Of a stretch of 64,000 nucleotides of DNA, positions 37,948-47,420 are shown in pieces. This DNA comes from Candidatus Latescibacterota bacterium (GTDB lineage: Bacteria > Latescibacterota > UBA2968 > UBA8231). Each line of letters opens with the position of its first letter. The first letter of the stretch is position 1. The stretch spans positions 704,001 to 768,000 of the forward strand of contig OZ242005.1 in the NCBI GenBank assembly GCA_965204725.1, given 5' to 3'. The translations under genes were made by a program, and so were the position numbers. The notes under the pieces are model-generated. The model had not been told where the DNA came from, did no database searches, and worked only from the letters and a program-made list of their open reading frames with translations.

Positions 37948-39981
37948 ATGCGCCGTGCCACTATCGTCCTGTTCACCCTAATTTGCGCGCAAGACGCCAC
38001 CGCCCAGATCGCCCACTGGCAGCTCGGCGGCAGCGGCCTAGCTTGGAGCGCAAACGACACGACCCGCCTCTTCATCGACTTCGCCACCACGCCCGGGGCC
38101 ATCCAGCCCACATACTTCACGCTCGACGAGACGGTTTTCTCCCACATCGACAACTGGGCCTTCTGGCGCGACCCCAGCGACCGCGTCTTCGACTACCTAG
38201 ACGGCGAAACCCCCCGAATGTGGAAGTGGAATCACGGCGTACCCGACCCCTCGGAAAACGGCTCTTGGCTCATTGACGGCGACCCTATCACTTACAACCC
38301 GCCCAAAGCCGACCGCATAGAAAAAGAAACCTTCACCATGGATTTGGGCGTTTTGGTGCCAGCCGTGGCCTTCGGCTTTATCCCGCCCAGCGAGGGCTTC
38401 CGCTCCGACGGCACCCCCCTGCAAACCGACTTCGTCCCCGCCTTTCAGGTGACTGCGGCCGTGGCGCCCGAGCCGCCCGTGCTCGAGGGGAACGTCAACC
38501 CGCTCTCCACCGTCATCGCCGACGTCAACTCCAATTTTGAACCGCGGGTGCGCATCGACTTTACCCGTCAGTACCTGCGCTTCTTTCGCTACCGCCGGAC
38601 GCTCTCGCTGCTAGACGAGGACGCCCAAGCCAAGAGCGGCAATGTCGCCATCGCCCTCATCGGCTCGATCAGCGAGTTCCAGCTCTTTGCCCAAGGAGTG
38701 CCCCAGCAGGCCATCTACAAGACCCAGATAACCCACCTCGGCGAACCGGTGAATTTCGGGCGGCTGTTCTGGCGGGCCACGAAATTCCGCATGGTCGATG
38801 GGACTGCGGTGGAAACTCCAGACGCGGCGGCCCAAATCAAGGTTGAGGTGCGCACCGGCCTAGACGACGACCCGGCCGTCTATCACGAATACATGGACAC
38901 CGGGCTAGAGCGCGTGGTGGAGCGCGATCACTACGAAAACGCCCTCCGCACTCGGTTTGTGCGCATCACGGCCGCGTCCGACCTGAGCGAACGCCAGCCC
39001 AAGCCGGGGGTCCGCGCGTCCATTGGCTACGATTCCGATCACTGGACTTTCTGGTCGGCCCCCTTTGTCGAATCGGGCCAACCGCTCAACCTGCGCAACG
39101 GAACCTATTTGCAGGTCCGCGTCGCCATGGAAAGCGATTCCTTCGACGATTTCGTGCGCCTCGACTCGTTGTGGGTCGAGACCGCGCCGCTGTTGGCCGC
39201 GACCGTGCGCGGCGAAGTGGCCGCCCTAGACGACCCACAGCCCGTCAGCGGGATTACCCAAGTCCCCTTGGGCGAAGCCATCGAATTCGTCTATGACCTC
39301 CAAGCCGATTTCACAGCGGTGGATGCCCCCGGCTTCGACCTATTGCGCCTGCGCACGGGGCACCAAACCGAGCTCAAGAGCCTGCAACTCGGCCCAAGCC
39401 GCCGAGAAACCGCGCCCGCCGCGGTCACCCCAGAGCCGGAGGGCTTGCTCATCCACCTGCCCGAGCGCATCACCCGCGCCAATAACCCGCCGATTCGCCT
39501 CGTCTTTGCAACGGAGATATTTGAATTTGCGACCACTTTCCAGAGCGAAGTCCTAGACAGCCAACGCGACCTTCTGCCGCAACCTGTCGTCGGTGCCGAT
39601 GTCGGCGAGGCCCTCTCGACCAACAGCCTGCGTGTGCTCGGCACCACCGAGCAAGAAACCGCTTTTATCCAGAACCTGACCTTTTCCTCGCCGGTCTTTT
39701 CGCCCAACGGCGACGGCATCCACGACGAATTGCGCGTCGCCTATTCGCTGTTCCGCCTGCCCGCAGCCGTGCCGGTCGTCCTCGCAGTCTATCGCCTCGA
39801 TGGCCGGCGCGTGGCCTCCATTGAGGCCGGCTTGCAAAACGCTGGCCCGCAGAGCCTGCGCTGGGATGGCCGCGACGAAACGGGCCGGCTCCTGCTGCCC
39901 GGCCTCTACCTGACCACCTTAACCCTGCGCTCGGAATTTGCCGCCAAGCCCCAGTTCCACCCTTTGGGGATCGCGTACTAA
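37948..39981 (+). CDS. Secreted protein with C-terminal FlgD-Ig / type B-like CTD
   Basis: Signal peptide; FSPNGDGIHD...WDGRD...PGLY...IAY. Confidence 0.75.
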   Translation: MRRATIVLFTLICAQDATAQIAHWQLGGSGLAWSANDTTRLFIDFATTPGAIQPTYFTLDETVFSHIDNWAFWRDPSDRVFDYLDGETPRMWKWNHGVPDPSENGSWLIDGDPITYNPPKADRIEKETFTMDLGVLVPAVAFGFIPPSEGFRSDGTPLQTDFVPAFQVTAAVAPEPPVLEGNVNPLSTVIADVNSNFEPRVRIDFTRQYLRFFRYRRTLSLLDEDAQAKSGNVAIALIGSISEFQLFAQGVPQQAIYKTQITHLGEPVNFGRLFWRATKFRMVDGTAVETPDAAAQIKVEVRTGLDDDPAVYHEYMDTGLERVVERDHYENALRTRFVRITAASDLSERQPKPGVRASIGYDSDHWTFWSAPFVESGQPLNLRNGTYLQVRVAMESDSFDDFVRLDSLWVETAPLLAATVRGEVAALDDPQPVSGITQVPLGEAIEFVYDLQADFTAVDAPGFDLLRLRTGHQTELKSLQLGPSRRETAPAAVTPEPEGLLIHLPERITRANNPPIRLVFATEIFEFATTFQSEVLDSQRDLLPQPVVGADVGEALSTNSLRVLGTTEQETAFIQNLTFSSPVFSPNGDGIHDELRVAYSLFRLPAAVPVVLAVYRLDGRRVASIEAGLQNAGPQSLRWDGRDETGRLLLPGLYLTTLTLRSEFAAKPQFHPLGIAY

Positions 39982-41427
39982 GTGAGCCGCCTGCCCCAAC
40001 TTCTGCTCGTGTTGGCTATCGCGCTGGCGGCTTTTGCCTACGGCGGCCTCGTCGTCCGCTACAAGCTATTCCCCTTCTCGGTTGTCTCCGACGGCGTAAA
40101 AACCTTGCGGACTATGTACGAGGTACATAAGAAAATTGATGATGGCCGATTCGCGCACTTCGCCGCAGTGCCGCCGGACAGCGCGGCCTCCAACCGCTTC
40201 GAGTTCGTACAAGGCGATGCCCTCAGCGGGCCGGTTCTGTGGCAGGGCGGACGCTACCAGTTCCTCGAGTATTGCCCCGACGAGGGATGCCTAGCGGTAG
40301 AGTACACCGCCACCGGCCAAGTCGCCCACGCCTACCCGTTCCTCCTCGATGAACTGGAACAGGCGGCAAACGCTGCCCGCTCGGACGAATTCCCGTACGG
40401 ACTATCCCCCTCCTTTTCTTTCGCTAGGGATGTTCATCTGATAGGCATATCGCGCTACGCAAATGGCGACCTGCTGGCGGTTTTTCATCAGGACGCGGCT
40501 TTCCCCTATGGTGCGGGCGTTGCGCGGGTCGATCGCGACGGGCATCCGGTCTGGTTCCGGCGCGACTACAGCCATCACTGGCCGCATATCGGAAACGACG
40601 GCGTCGCGCTGGTGCCCGGCATGTTGGCCAGCAGCGAGTCCATAGCTTTTGAGCGAGGACGAAGGACCATCGCGATCAAGTGCCCCAAGGGCAAAACGCA
40701 TCTCGACGCGATCGGCATTATCGACGGGAACGGACAGCTCCTAAAGCGCATCAACCTGATCGACGCCTTGCGCGACTCTCCATTCGCGCTCATCATCCAA
40801 TCCACCTCGAAGCTAAAAAATCCTACGGCCTCTCATACGGCTTCTCCGTGTGACCCTCTTCACCTCAACTTCGTCCACCGGCTTCGCGACGACGCTGGCG
40901 GGACGTGGGGCCTCGCGCCGGGCGACCTCGTAGCGTCCCTGCGCAACCTAAGCGCCTTCGCTATCCTCGATGGCGAATCCGGCCGCGTCAAGCGGCTGGT
41001 CCGGGGGAGTTTCTTGTACCAACACAGCGTCCAGCACCTGACGGGATCGACCTTTCTGATGTTCGACAATCACGGCGGCGATGCGGTTCACGGCCCCTCG
41101 CGGCTGCTGATGATCGACCTCGCCGACAGCCGGGAGACGACCCTCTTTCCCAACGACCAGACGCCCGAACCCCTGCGGCACCTGTTCTCCCACGACCAAA
41201 GCACCATCGACATCTCACCGGATCGCCAACGGGCGATGGTCGTATTCACCCGGCAGGGCATAGCCGTTGAGGTGTGCCTTGCCGATGGCGCGGTGCTCAA
41301 CGTTTTTCATTCTCTGCACGATGTGTCGAGCTTGGAGCAATTTCCCAAAGATCGGCAGCAAAGAGCCGCCGTATTCGAGATGAGCGGACTTTCATACATC
41401 CACAATCAAGGAGGAACGAGTCAATGA
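39982..41427 (+). CDS. Arylsulfotransferase (ASST)-family protein, copy 1
   Basis: N-terminal TM anchor; HHW, DPLHLN, LVASLRN, QHS, FDN motifs. Confidence 0.8.
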   Translation: MSRLPQLLLVLAIALAAFAYGGLVVRYKLFPFSVVSDGVKTLRTMYEVHKKIDDGRFAHFAAVPPDSAASNRFEFVQGDALSGPVLWQGGRYQFLEYCPDEGCLAVEYTATGQVAHAYPFLLDELEQAANAARSDEFPYGLSPSFSFARDVHLIGISRYANGDLLAVFHQDAAFPYGAGVARVDRDGHPVWFRRDYSHHWPHIGNDGVALVPGMLASSESIAFERGRRTIAIKCPKGKTHLDAIGIIDGNGQLLKRINLIDALRDSPFALIIQSTSKLKNPTASHTASPCDPLHLNFVHRLRDDAGGTWGLAPGDLVASLRNLSAFAILDGESGRVKRLVRGSFLYQHSVQHLTGSTFLMFDNHGGDAVHGPSRLLMIDLADSRETTLFPNDQTPEPLRHLFSHDQSTIDISPDRQRAMVVFTRQGIAVEVCLADGAVLNVFHSLHDVSSLEQFPKDRQQRAAVFEMSGLSYIHNQGGTSQ

Positions 41428-41609
41428 ACGAAGAAAGCATCGTCATGGCCTATATTGGCCCCGGAGCGGGCTTGGCGTCCATCGGGGCCTTGCTGACCCT
41501 AATAGGGGCTGGGCTGCTAATGGTATCGGGGTTTATCTGGTATCCAGCCAAGCGCATACTACAGAAGTGGAGGGAGAGGCGTGCCGCAAAAAAGAACGCC
41601 CCCCGATAA
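41424..41609 (+). CDS. Small membrane protein with AYIGPG motif
   Basis: MNEESIVMAYIGPGAG + TM helix + WYP + basic tail; AAGGAGG RBS, ATGA overlap. Confidence 0.7.
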   Translation: MNEESIVMAYIGPGAGLASIGALLTLIGAGLLMVSGFIWYPAKRILQKWRERRAAKKNAPR

Positions 41610-41645
41610 GACCTATCTACGCTTCGTGCGATACATCGGAAAGAG

Positions 41646-43076
41646 ATGAATCGCCTACCCCAACTCCTGTTCGTGTTGGCCCTTGCGCTGGCGATCTTTG
41701 CCTACGGCTATCTGAGTCGCCACTACAAGCTATTCCCCTTCTCGGCCATCCACAACGGCGTAAAGACCTTGCGGACTCTGCACGAGCTACATACGAGAAA
41801 GGACAACGGCCGATTCGCGCACTTTGCCGCGGTGCCGCCGGGCAGCGCGGCCTCCCACCGCTTCGAGTTCGTGGCCAGCGATGCCCTCAGCGGCCCGGTT
41901 CTGTGGCACGGCGGACGCTACCAGTTCCTCGAGTATTGCCCCGACGGAGGATGCCTAGCGGTAGAGTTCACAGCCACCGGCCAAGTCGCCCACGCCTACC
42001 CGTTCCGCTTCGATGAACTCGAACAGGCGTCAAACGCTGCCAGCTTCGACGAATTCCCCTACGAGCTATCCCCCGCCTCCTCTTTCGCTAGGGATACTAG
42101 TATAGCGGGCATATCGCGATACATGAACGGCGACCTGCTAGTGGTTTTCCGAACCACTGCGTTCCCGTTTGGTGCGGGCGTTGCGCGGATCGACCGCGCC
42201 GGGCATCCCGTCTGGTTCCGGCGCGACTACAGCCACCACTGGCCGCATCTCGAAGAAGACGGCGTCGCGCTAGTGCCCGGCATGTTGGTCGGTAGCGAGT
42301 CCATATCCTTTGAGCGAGGACCAAAGACCATCACGATTAAGTGCCGCGAGGGCCGACCGTACCTCGACGCGATTAGCACTATCGACGAGGATGGACGGCT
42401 TCTAAGGCGCATCAACCTGATCGACGCCTTGCGCGATTCTCCATTCGCGCACATCATGCAATCCACCTCGGATACAAATTACCGTCTTGCCGCGCCGTGT
42501 GACCCCCTTCACCTCAACTTCGTCCACCGGCTTCGGGACGACGCCGGCGGGACGTGGGGCCTCGCGCCGGGCGACCTCGTGGCGTCCCTACGCAACCTAA
42601 GCGCATTCGCTATCCTCGATGGCGAATCCGGCCGCGTCAAGCGGCTGGTTCGGGGCAGCTTCTTCTATCAACACAGCGTCCAGCACTTAACGGGATCAAC
42701 CTTCCTGATGTTCGACAACTGGGGCGGCGATGGGGTTTACGGCCCCTCGCGGCTGCTGATGATCAACCTCGCCGACAGCCGGGAGACGACCGTCTTTCCC
42801 AACGATAAGACGCCCGAATCCCTGCGAAACCTGTTCTCCGACAAACAAGGCACCATCGACATCTCGCCCGACCGTCAACGGGCGATGGTCGTATTCTTCC
42901 AGCAGGGCGTGACCGTTGAGGTGCGCCTCGCCGACGGCGCGGTGCTGAATGTCTTTCGTTCTCTGCACGATGTGTCGAGCTTGGAGCAATTTCCCGAAGA
43001 GCGGCAGCAAAGATCCGCCGTATTCACGATGAGCGGACTTTACTACATCCACGATCAAGGAGGAGCGAGTAGGTGA
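41646..43076 (+). CDS. Arylsulfotransferase-family protein, copy 2
   Basis: Same motifs; high identity to neighbours. Confidence 0.8.
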   Translation: MNRLPQLLFVLALALAIFAYGYLSRHYKLFPFSAIHNGVKTLRTLHELHTRKDNGRFAHFAAVPPGSAASHRFEFVASDALSGPVLWHGGRYQFLEYCPDGGCLAVEFTATGQVAHAYPFRFDELEQASNAASFDEFPYELSPASSFARDTSIAGISRYMNGDLLVVFRTTAFPFGAGVARIDRAGHPVWFRRDYSHHWPHLEEDGVALVPGMLVGSESISFERGPKTITIKCREGRPYLDAISTIDEDGRLLRRINLIDALRDSPFAHIMQSTSDTNYRLAAPCDPLHLNFVHRLRDDAGGTWGLAPGDLVASLRNLSAFAILDGESGRVKRLVRGSFFYQHSVQHLTGSTFLMFDNWGGDGVYGPSRLLMINLADSRETTVFPNDKTPESLRNLFSDKQGTIDISPDRQRAMVVFFQQGVTVEVRLADGAVLNVFRSLHDVSSLEQFPEERQQRSAVFTMSGLYYIHDQGGASR

Positions 43077-44557
43077 ATCGCCTACCCCAACTTCTGCTTG
43101 TGTTGGCTCTTATGCTGGCGGCCTTTGCCTACGGCGGCCTTGTCGTCCGCTATAAGCTATTCCCCTTCTCGGTCCTCGCCGACGGCCTAAAGACCTTGCG
43201 GACTATGTACGAGGTACATAAGGAAATTGACGCCGGCCAATTCGCGCACTTCGCCGCGGTGCCGCCGGACAGCGCGGCCTCTAACCGCTTCGAGTTCTTG
43301 GCCGGCGATGCCCTCAGCGGGCCGATTCTGTGGCACGGCGGACGCTACCAGTTCCTCGAGTATTGCCCCGACTGGGGATGCCTAGCGGTAGAATACACGG
43401 CCACTGGCCAAGTCGCCCACGCCTACCCGTTCCGCCCCGATGAACTCGAACAGGCGGCAACCGCTGCCCAATCCGACGAATTCTCCTACGAGCTATCCCC
43501 CGCCTTCTCTTTCGTCAGGGATGTTGTTGTGGCAGCCATATCGCGCTACGCGAATGGCGACCTGCTGGTGGTTTTTCGCCATAGCACTGCGTTCCCTTAT
43601 GGTGCGGGCGTTGCGCGGATCGACCGCACCGGGCATCCGGTCTGGTTCCGGCGCGACTACAGCCACCACTGGCCGCATCTCGAAGAAGACGGCATCGCGC
43701 TGGTGCCCGGCCTGTTGGTCGGCAGCGAGTCCATAGCCTTTGAGCGAGCACAAAAGACCATCACGATTAAGTGCCACGAGAGCCGACCGTACCTCGACGC
43801 GATTAGCACTATCGACGAGGATGGACGGCTTCTAAGGCGCATCAACCTGATCGACGCCTTGCGCGATTCTCCATTCGCGCCCATCATGCAATCTACCTCG
43901 GAACCCAAACGCCATCTTGACGAGCTGCGTGACCCCCTTGACCTCAACTTCGTTCGCAGGCTTCGGGACGACGCGCTGTGCGACCCTCTTCACCTCAACT
44001 TTGTCCACCGGCTTCGGGACGACGCCGGCGGGGCATGGGGCCTCGCGCCGGGCGACCTCGTGGCGTCCCTGCGCAATCTAAGCGCATTCGCTGTCCTCGA
44101 TGGCGAATCCGGCCGCGTCAAGCGGCTGGTTCGGGGGAGTTTCTTCTATCAACACAGCGTCTATCACCTAACGGGATCGACCTTCCTGATGTTCGACAAC
44201 TGGGGCGGCGATGGGGTTCACGGCCCCTCGCGGCTGCTGATGATCGACCTCGCCGACGGCCGGGAGACGACCGTCTTTCCCAACGATAAGACGCCCGCAC
44301 CCCTGCGAAACCTGTTCTCCGACAGAGAAGGCAATATCGACATCTCGCCCGACCGCCAACGGGCGATGGTCGCATTCACCAAGGAGGGCGTGGCTGTCGA
44401 GGTGCGCCTCGCCGACGGCGCGGTGCTGAATGTCTTTCATTCCCTGCACGGTGTGTCGAGCTTGGAGCAGTTCCCCGAGGAGCGAAAGCAAAGAGCGGCT
44501 GTATTCGAGATGAGAGGAATTTACTACATCCGCAATCAAGGAGGAGCGAGTAGGTGA
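43073..44557 (+). CDS. Arylsulfotransferase-family protein, copy 3 (17-aa internal duplication)
   Basis: Same motifs; GTGA overlap. Confidence 0.8.
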   Translation: MNRLPQLLLVLALMLAAFAYGGLVVRYKLFPFSVLADGLKTLRTMYEVHKEIDAGQFAHFAAVPPDSAASNRFEFLAGDALSGPILWHGGRYQFLEYCPDWGCLAVEYTATGQVAHAYPFRPDELEQAATAAQSDEFSYELSPAFSFVRDVVVAAISRYANGDLLVVFRHSTAFPYGAGVARIDRTGHPVWFRRDYSHHWPHLEEDGIALVPGLLVGSESIAFERAQKTITIKCHESRPYLDAISTIDEDGRLLRRINLIDALRDSPFAPIMQSTSEPKRHLDELRDPLDLNFVRRLRDDALCDPLHLNFVHRLRDDAGGAWGLAPGDLVASLRNLSAFAVLDGESGRVKRLVRGSFFYQHSVYHLTGSTFLMFDNWGGDGVHGPSRLLMIDLADGRETTVFPNDKTPAPLRNLFSDREGNIDISPDRQRAMVAFTKEGVAVEVRLADGAVLNVFHSLHGVSSLEQFPEERKQRAAVFEMRGIYYIRNQGGASR

Positions 44558-45990
44558 ATCGCCTACCCCAACTCCTGCTTGTGTTGGCTATCGCGCTGGC
44601 GTCGTTTGCCTACGGCGGCCTTGTCGTCCACTACAAGCTATTCCCCTTCCCGGTCCTCTCCGACAGCCTAAAGACCTTGCGGACTATGCACGAGCTACAT
44701 TTTACGAGAAAGGACGACGGCCGATTCTTACATTTCGCCGCGGTGCCGCCGGACAGCGCGGCTTCCCACCGCTTCCAATTCCTACAAGGCGATGCCCTCA
44801 GCGGCCCGGTTCTGTGGCACGGCGGACGCAACCAGTTCCTCGAGCATTGCCCCGACGGGGGATGCCTAGCGGTAGAATACACCGCCACCGGCCAAGTCGC
44901 CCATGCCTATCCGTTCCGCAACGATGAACTGGAGCAGGCGGCCGACGCTGCAAGCTCCGACGAATTCCCCTACGAGTTATCCCCCGTCGCCTCTTTCGCT
45001 AGGGATGCTAGTACGATGGGCATGTCGCGATACATGAACGGCGACCTGCTGGTGGTTTTTCAACAGTACGCTGCTTTCCCGTTTGGTGCGGGCGTTGCGC
45101 GGATCGACCGCGCCGGGCATCCGGTGTGGTTCCGGCGCGACTACAGCCACCACTGGCCGCATCTCGAAGAAGACGGCGTCGCGCTGGTGCCCGGCCTGTT
45201 GGTCGGCAGCGAGTCCATAGCCTTTGAGCGAGCACGAAAGACCATCACGATTAAGTGCCGCACGAGCCGACCGTACCTCGACGCGATCGGCATTATCGAC
45301 GGCAGTGGACGGCTTCTAAGGCGCGTCAACCTGATCGACGCCTTGCGCGATTCTCCATTCGTCCATCTCCTGCAATCCACCTCGGAACCCAAACGCCGTC
45401 TTGACGCGCTGTGTGACCCCCTTCACCTCAACTTCGTTCACCGGCTTCGAGCCGACGCCGGCGGAACGTGGGGCCTCGCGCCGGGCGATCTCGTGGCGTC
45501 CCTACGCAACCTCAGTGCCTTCGCTATCCTCGATGGCGAATCCGGCCGTGTCAAACGGATGGTTCGGGGGAGTTTCTTCTATCAACACAGCGTCCAGCAC
45601 CTGACGGGATCGACCTTCCTGATGTTCGACAACTGGGGCGGCGATGGGGTTCACGGCCCCTCGCGGCTGCTGATGATCGACCTCGCCGACGGCCGGGAGA
45701 CGACCGTCTTTCCCAACGACCAGACGCCCCAATCCCTGCGCAACCTGTTCTCCGAGGACCAAGGCACAATCGACATCTCGCCCGACCGCCAACGGGCGGT
45801 GGTCGCATTCACCGAGGCGGGCATGGCTGTCGAGGTGCGCCTTGCCGACGGCGCAGTGCTGAATGTCTTTCATTCCCTCCACGATGTGTCGAGCTTGGAG
45901 CAGTTCCCCGAACAACGAAAGCAAAGAGCAGCCGTATTCGAGATGAGAGGGCTTTACTACATCCGCAATCAAGGAGGAGCGAGTAGATGA
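44554..45990 (+). CDS. Arylsulfotransferase-family protein, copy 4
   Basis: Same motifs; GTGA overlap. Confidence 0.8.
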   Translation: MNRLPQLLLVLAIALASFAYGGLVVHYKLFPFPVLSDSLKTLRTMHELHFTRKDDGRFLHFAAVPPDSAASHRFQFLQGDALSGPVLWHGGRNQFLEHCPDGGCLAVEYTATGQVAHAYPFRNDELEQAADAASSDEFPYELSPVASFARDASTMGMSRYMNGDLLVVFQQYAAFPFGAGVARIDRAGHPVWFRRDYSHHWPHLEEDGVALVPGLLVGSESIAFERARKTITIKCRTSRPYLDAIGIIDGSGRLLRRVNLIDALRDSPFVHLLQSTSEPKRRLDALCDPLHLNFVHRLRADAGGTWGLAPGDLVASLRNLSAFAILDGESGRVKRMVRGSFFYQHSVQHLTGSTFLMFDNWGGDGVHGPSRLLMIDLADGRETTVFPNDQTPQSLRNLFSEDQGTIDISPDRQRAVVAFTEAGMAVEVRLADGAVLNVFHSLHDVSSLEQFPEQRKQRAAVFEMRGLYYIRNQGGASR

Positions 45991-47420
45991 ATCGCCTACC
46001 CCAACTCCTGCTTGTGTTGGCTGTCGCGCTGGCGTCCTTTGCCTACGGCCTCTTTGTCGTCCGCTACAAGCTATTCCCCTTCTCGGTCCTCTCCGACGGT
46101 CTAAAGACCTCGAACACTCTGTACGAGTCAAGTATGAAAAAGAATTACGGCCGATTCGTACACTTCGCCGCGGTGCCGCCGGACAGCGCGGCCTCCAACC
46201 GCTTCGAGTTCGCACAAGGCGATGCCCTTAGCGGGCCGGTTCTGTGGCACGGCGGACGCTACCAGTTCCTCGAGCATTGCCCTGACTGGGGATGCCTAGC
46301 AGTAGAGTTCACGGCCACCGGCCAAGTCGCCCACGCCTATCCGTACCGCCTCAATGAACTGGAGCAGGCGGCCGACGATGCCCTCTCCGACGAATTCCCC
46401 TACGAGCTACCCCCCACCTTCTCTTTCGCTAGGGATGCTAGTGCGATGGGTATGTCGCGATACATGAACGGCGACCTGCTGGTGATTTTTCGACATAGCA
46501 CTGCTTTCCCCTATGGTGCGGGCGTTGCGAGGATTGACCGCGATGGGCATCCGGTCTGGTTCCGGCGCGACTACAGCCACCACTGGCCGCATATCGACGA
46601 CGACGGCGTCGCGCTGGTGCCCGGCGAACAGGTTGGCAGCGAGTCTATATCTTTTGAGCGAGCGCGAAGGACCATCACGCTCAAATGCCGCACGAGCCGA
46701 CCGTATATCGAGGAGATCAGGACTATCGACGGGAATGGACGGCTCCTAAAGCGCCTCAACCTGCTCGACGTCCTGCGCGATTCTCCATTCGCGCACATCA
46801 TGCAATCTGCCTCGGCACCAGCATGGTATCTTGATGGGCCGTGTGATCCCCTTCACCTCAACTTCGTTCACCGGCTCCGCGACGACGCGGGCGGGACATG
46901 GGGCCTCGCGCCGGGCGACCTCGTGGCGTCCCTACGGAACCTAAGCGCATTCGCTATCCTCGATGGCGAATCCGGCCGCGTCAAGCGGCTGGTTAGGGGA
47001 AGTTTCCTCTATCAACATAGCGTCCAGCACCTGACGGGATCGACCTTCCTGATGTTCGACAATTACGGCGGCGATGGGGTTCACGGCCCCTCAAGGCTGC
47101 TCATGATCGACCTCGCCGACGGCCGGGAGACGACCGTCTTTCCCAACGATAAGACGCCCCAACCCCTGCGAAACCTGTTCTCCGACGACCAAGGCGATAT
47201 CGACATCTCGCCTGACCGCCAACGGGCGCTGGTCGCATTCACGAGGGAGGGCGTGGCCGTTGAGGTGCGCCTTGCCGACGGCGCGGTGCTGAATGTCTTC
47301 CATTCCCTCCACGATGTGTCGAGCTTGGAGCAGTTCCCCGAACAGCGGCAACAAAGAGCCGCCGTATTTAAGATGGGAGGGCTTTACTACATCCGCAATC
47401 AAGGAGGAACGAGTAGATGA
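45987..47420 (+). CDS. Arylsulfotransferase-family protein, copy 5
   Basis: Same motifs; ATGA overlap. Confidence 0.8.
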   Translation: MNRLPQLLLVLAVALASFAYGLFVVRYKLFPFSVLSDGLKTSNTLYESSMKKNYGRFVHFAAVPPDSAASNRFEFAQGDALSGPVLWHGGRYQFLEHCPDWGCLAVEFTATGQVAHAYPYRLNELEQAADDALSDEFPYELPPTFSFARDASAMGMSRYMNGDLLVIFRHSTAFPYGAGVARIDRDGHPVWFRRDYSHHWPHIDDDGVALVPGEQVGSESISFERARRTITLKCRTSRPYIEEIRTIDGNGRLLKRLNLLDVLRDSPFAHIMQSASAPAWYLDGPCDPLHLNFVHRLRDDAGGTWGLAPGDLVASLRNLSAFAILDGESGRVKRLVRGSFLYQHSVQHLTGSTFLMFDNYGGDGVHGPSRLLMIDLADGRETTVFPNDKTPQPLRNLFSDDQGDIDISPDRQRALVAFTREGVAVEVRLADGAVLNVFHSLHDVSSLEQFPEQRQQRAAVFKMGGLYYIRNQGGTSR

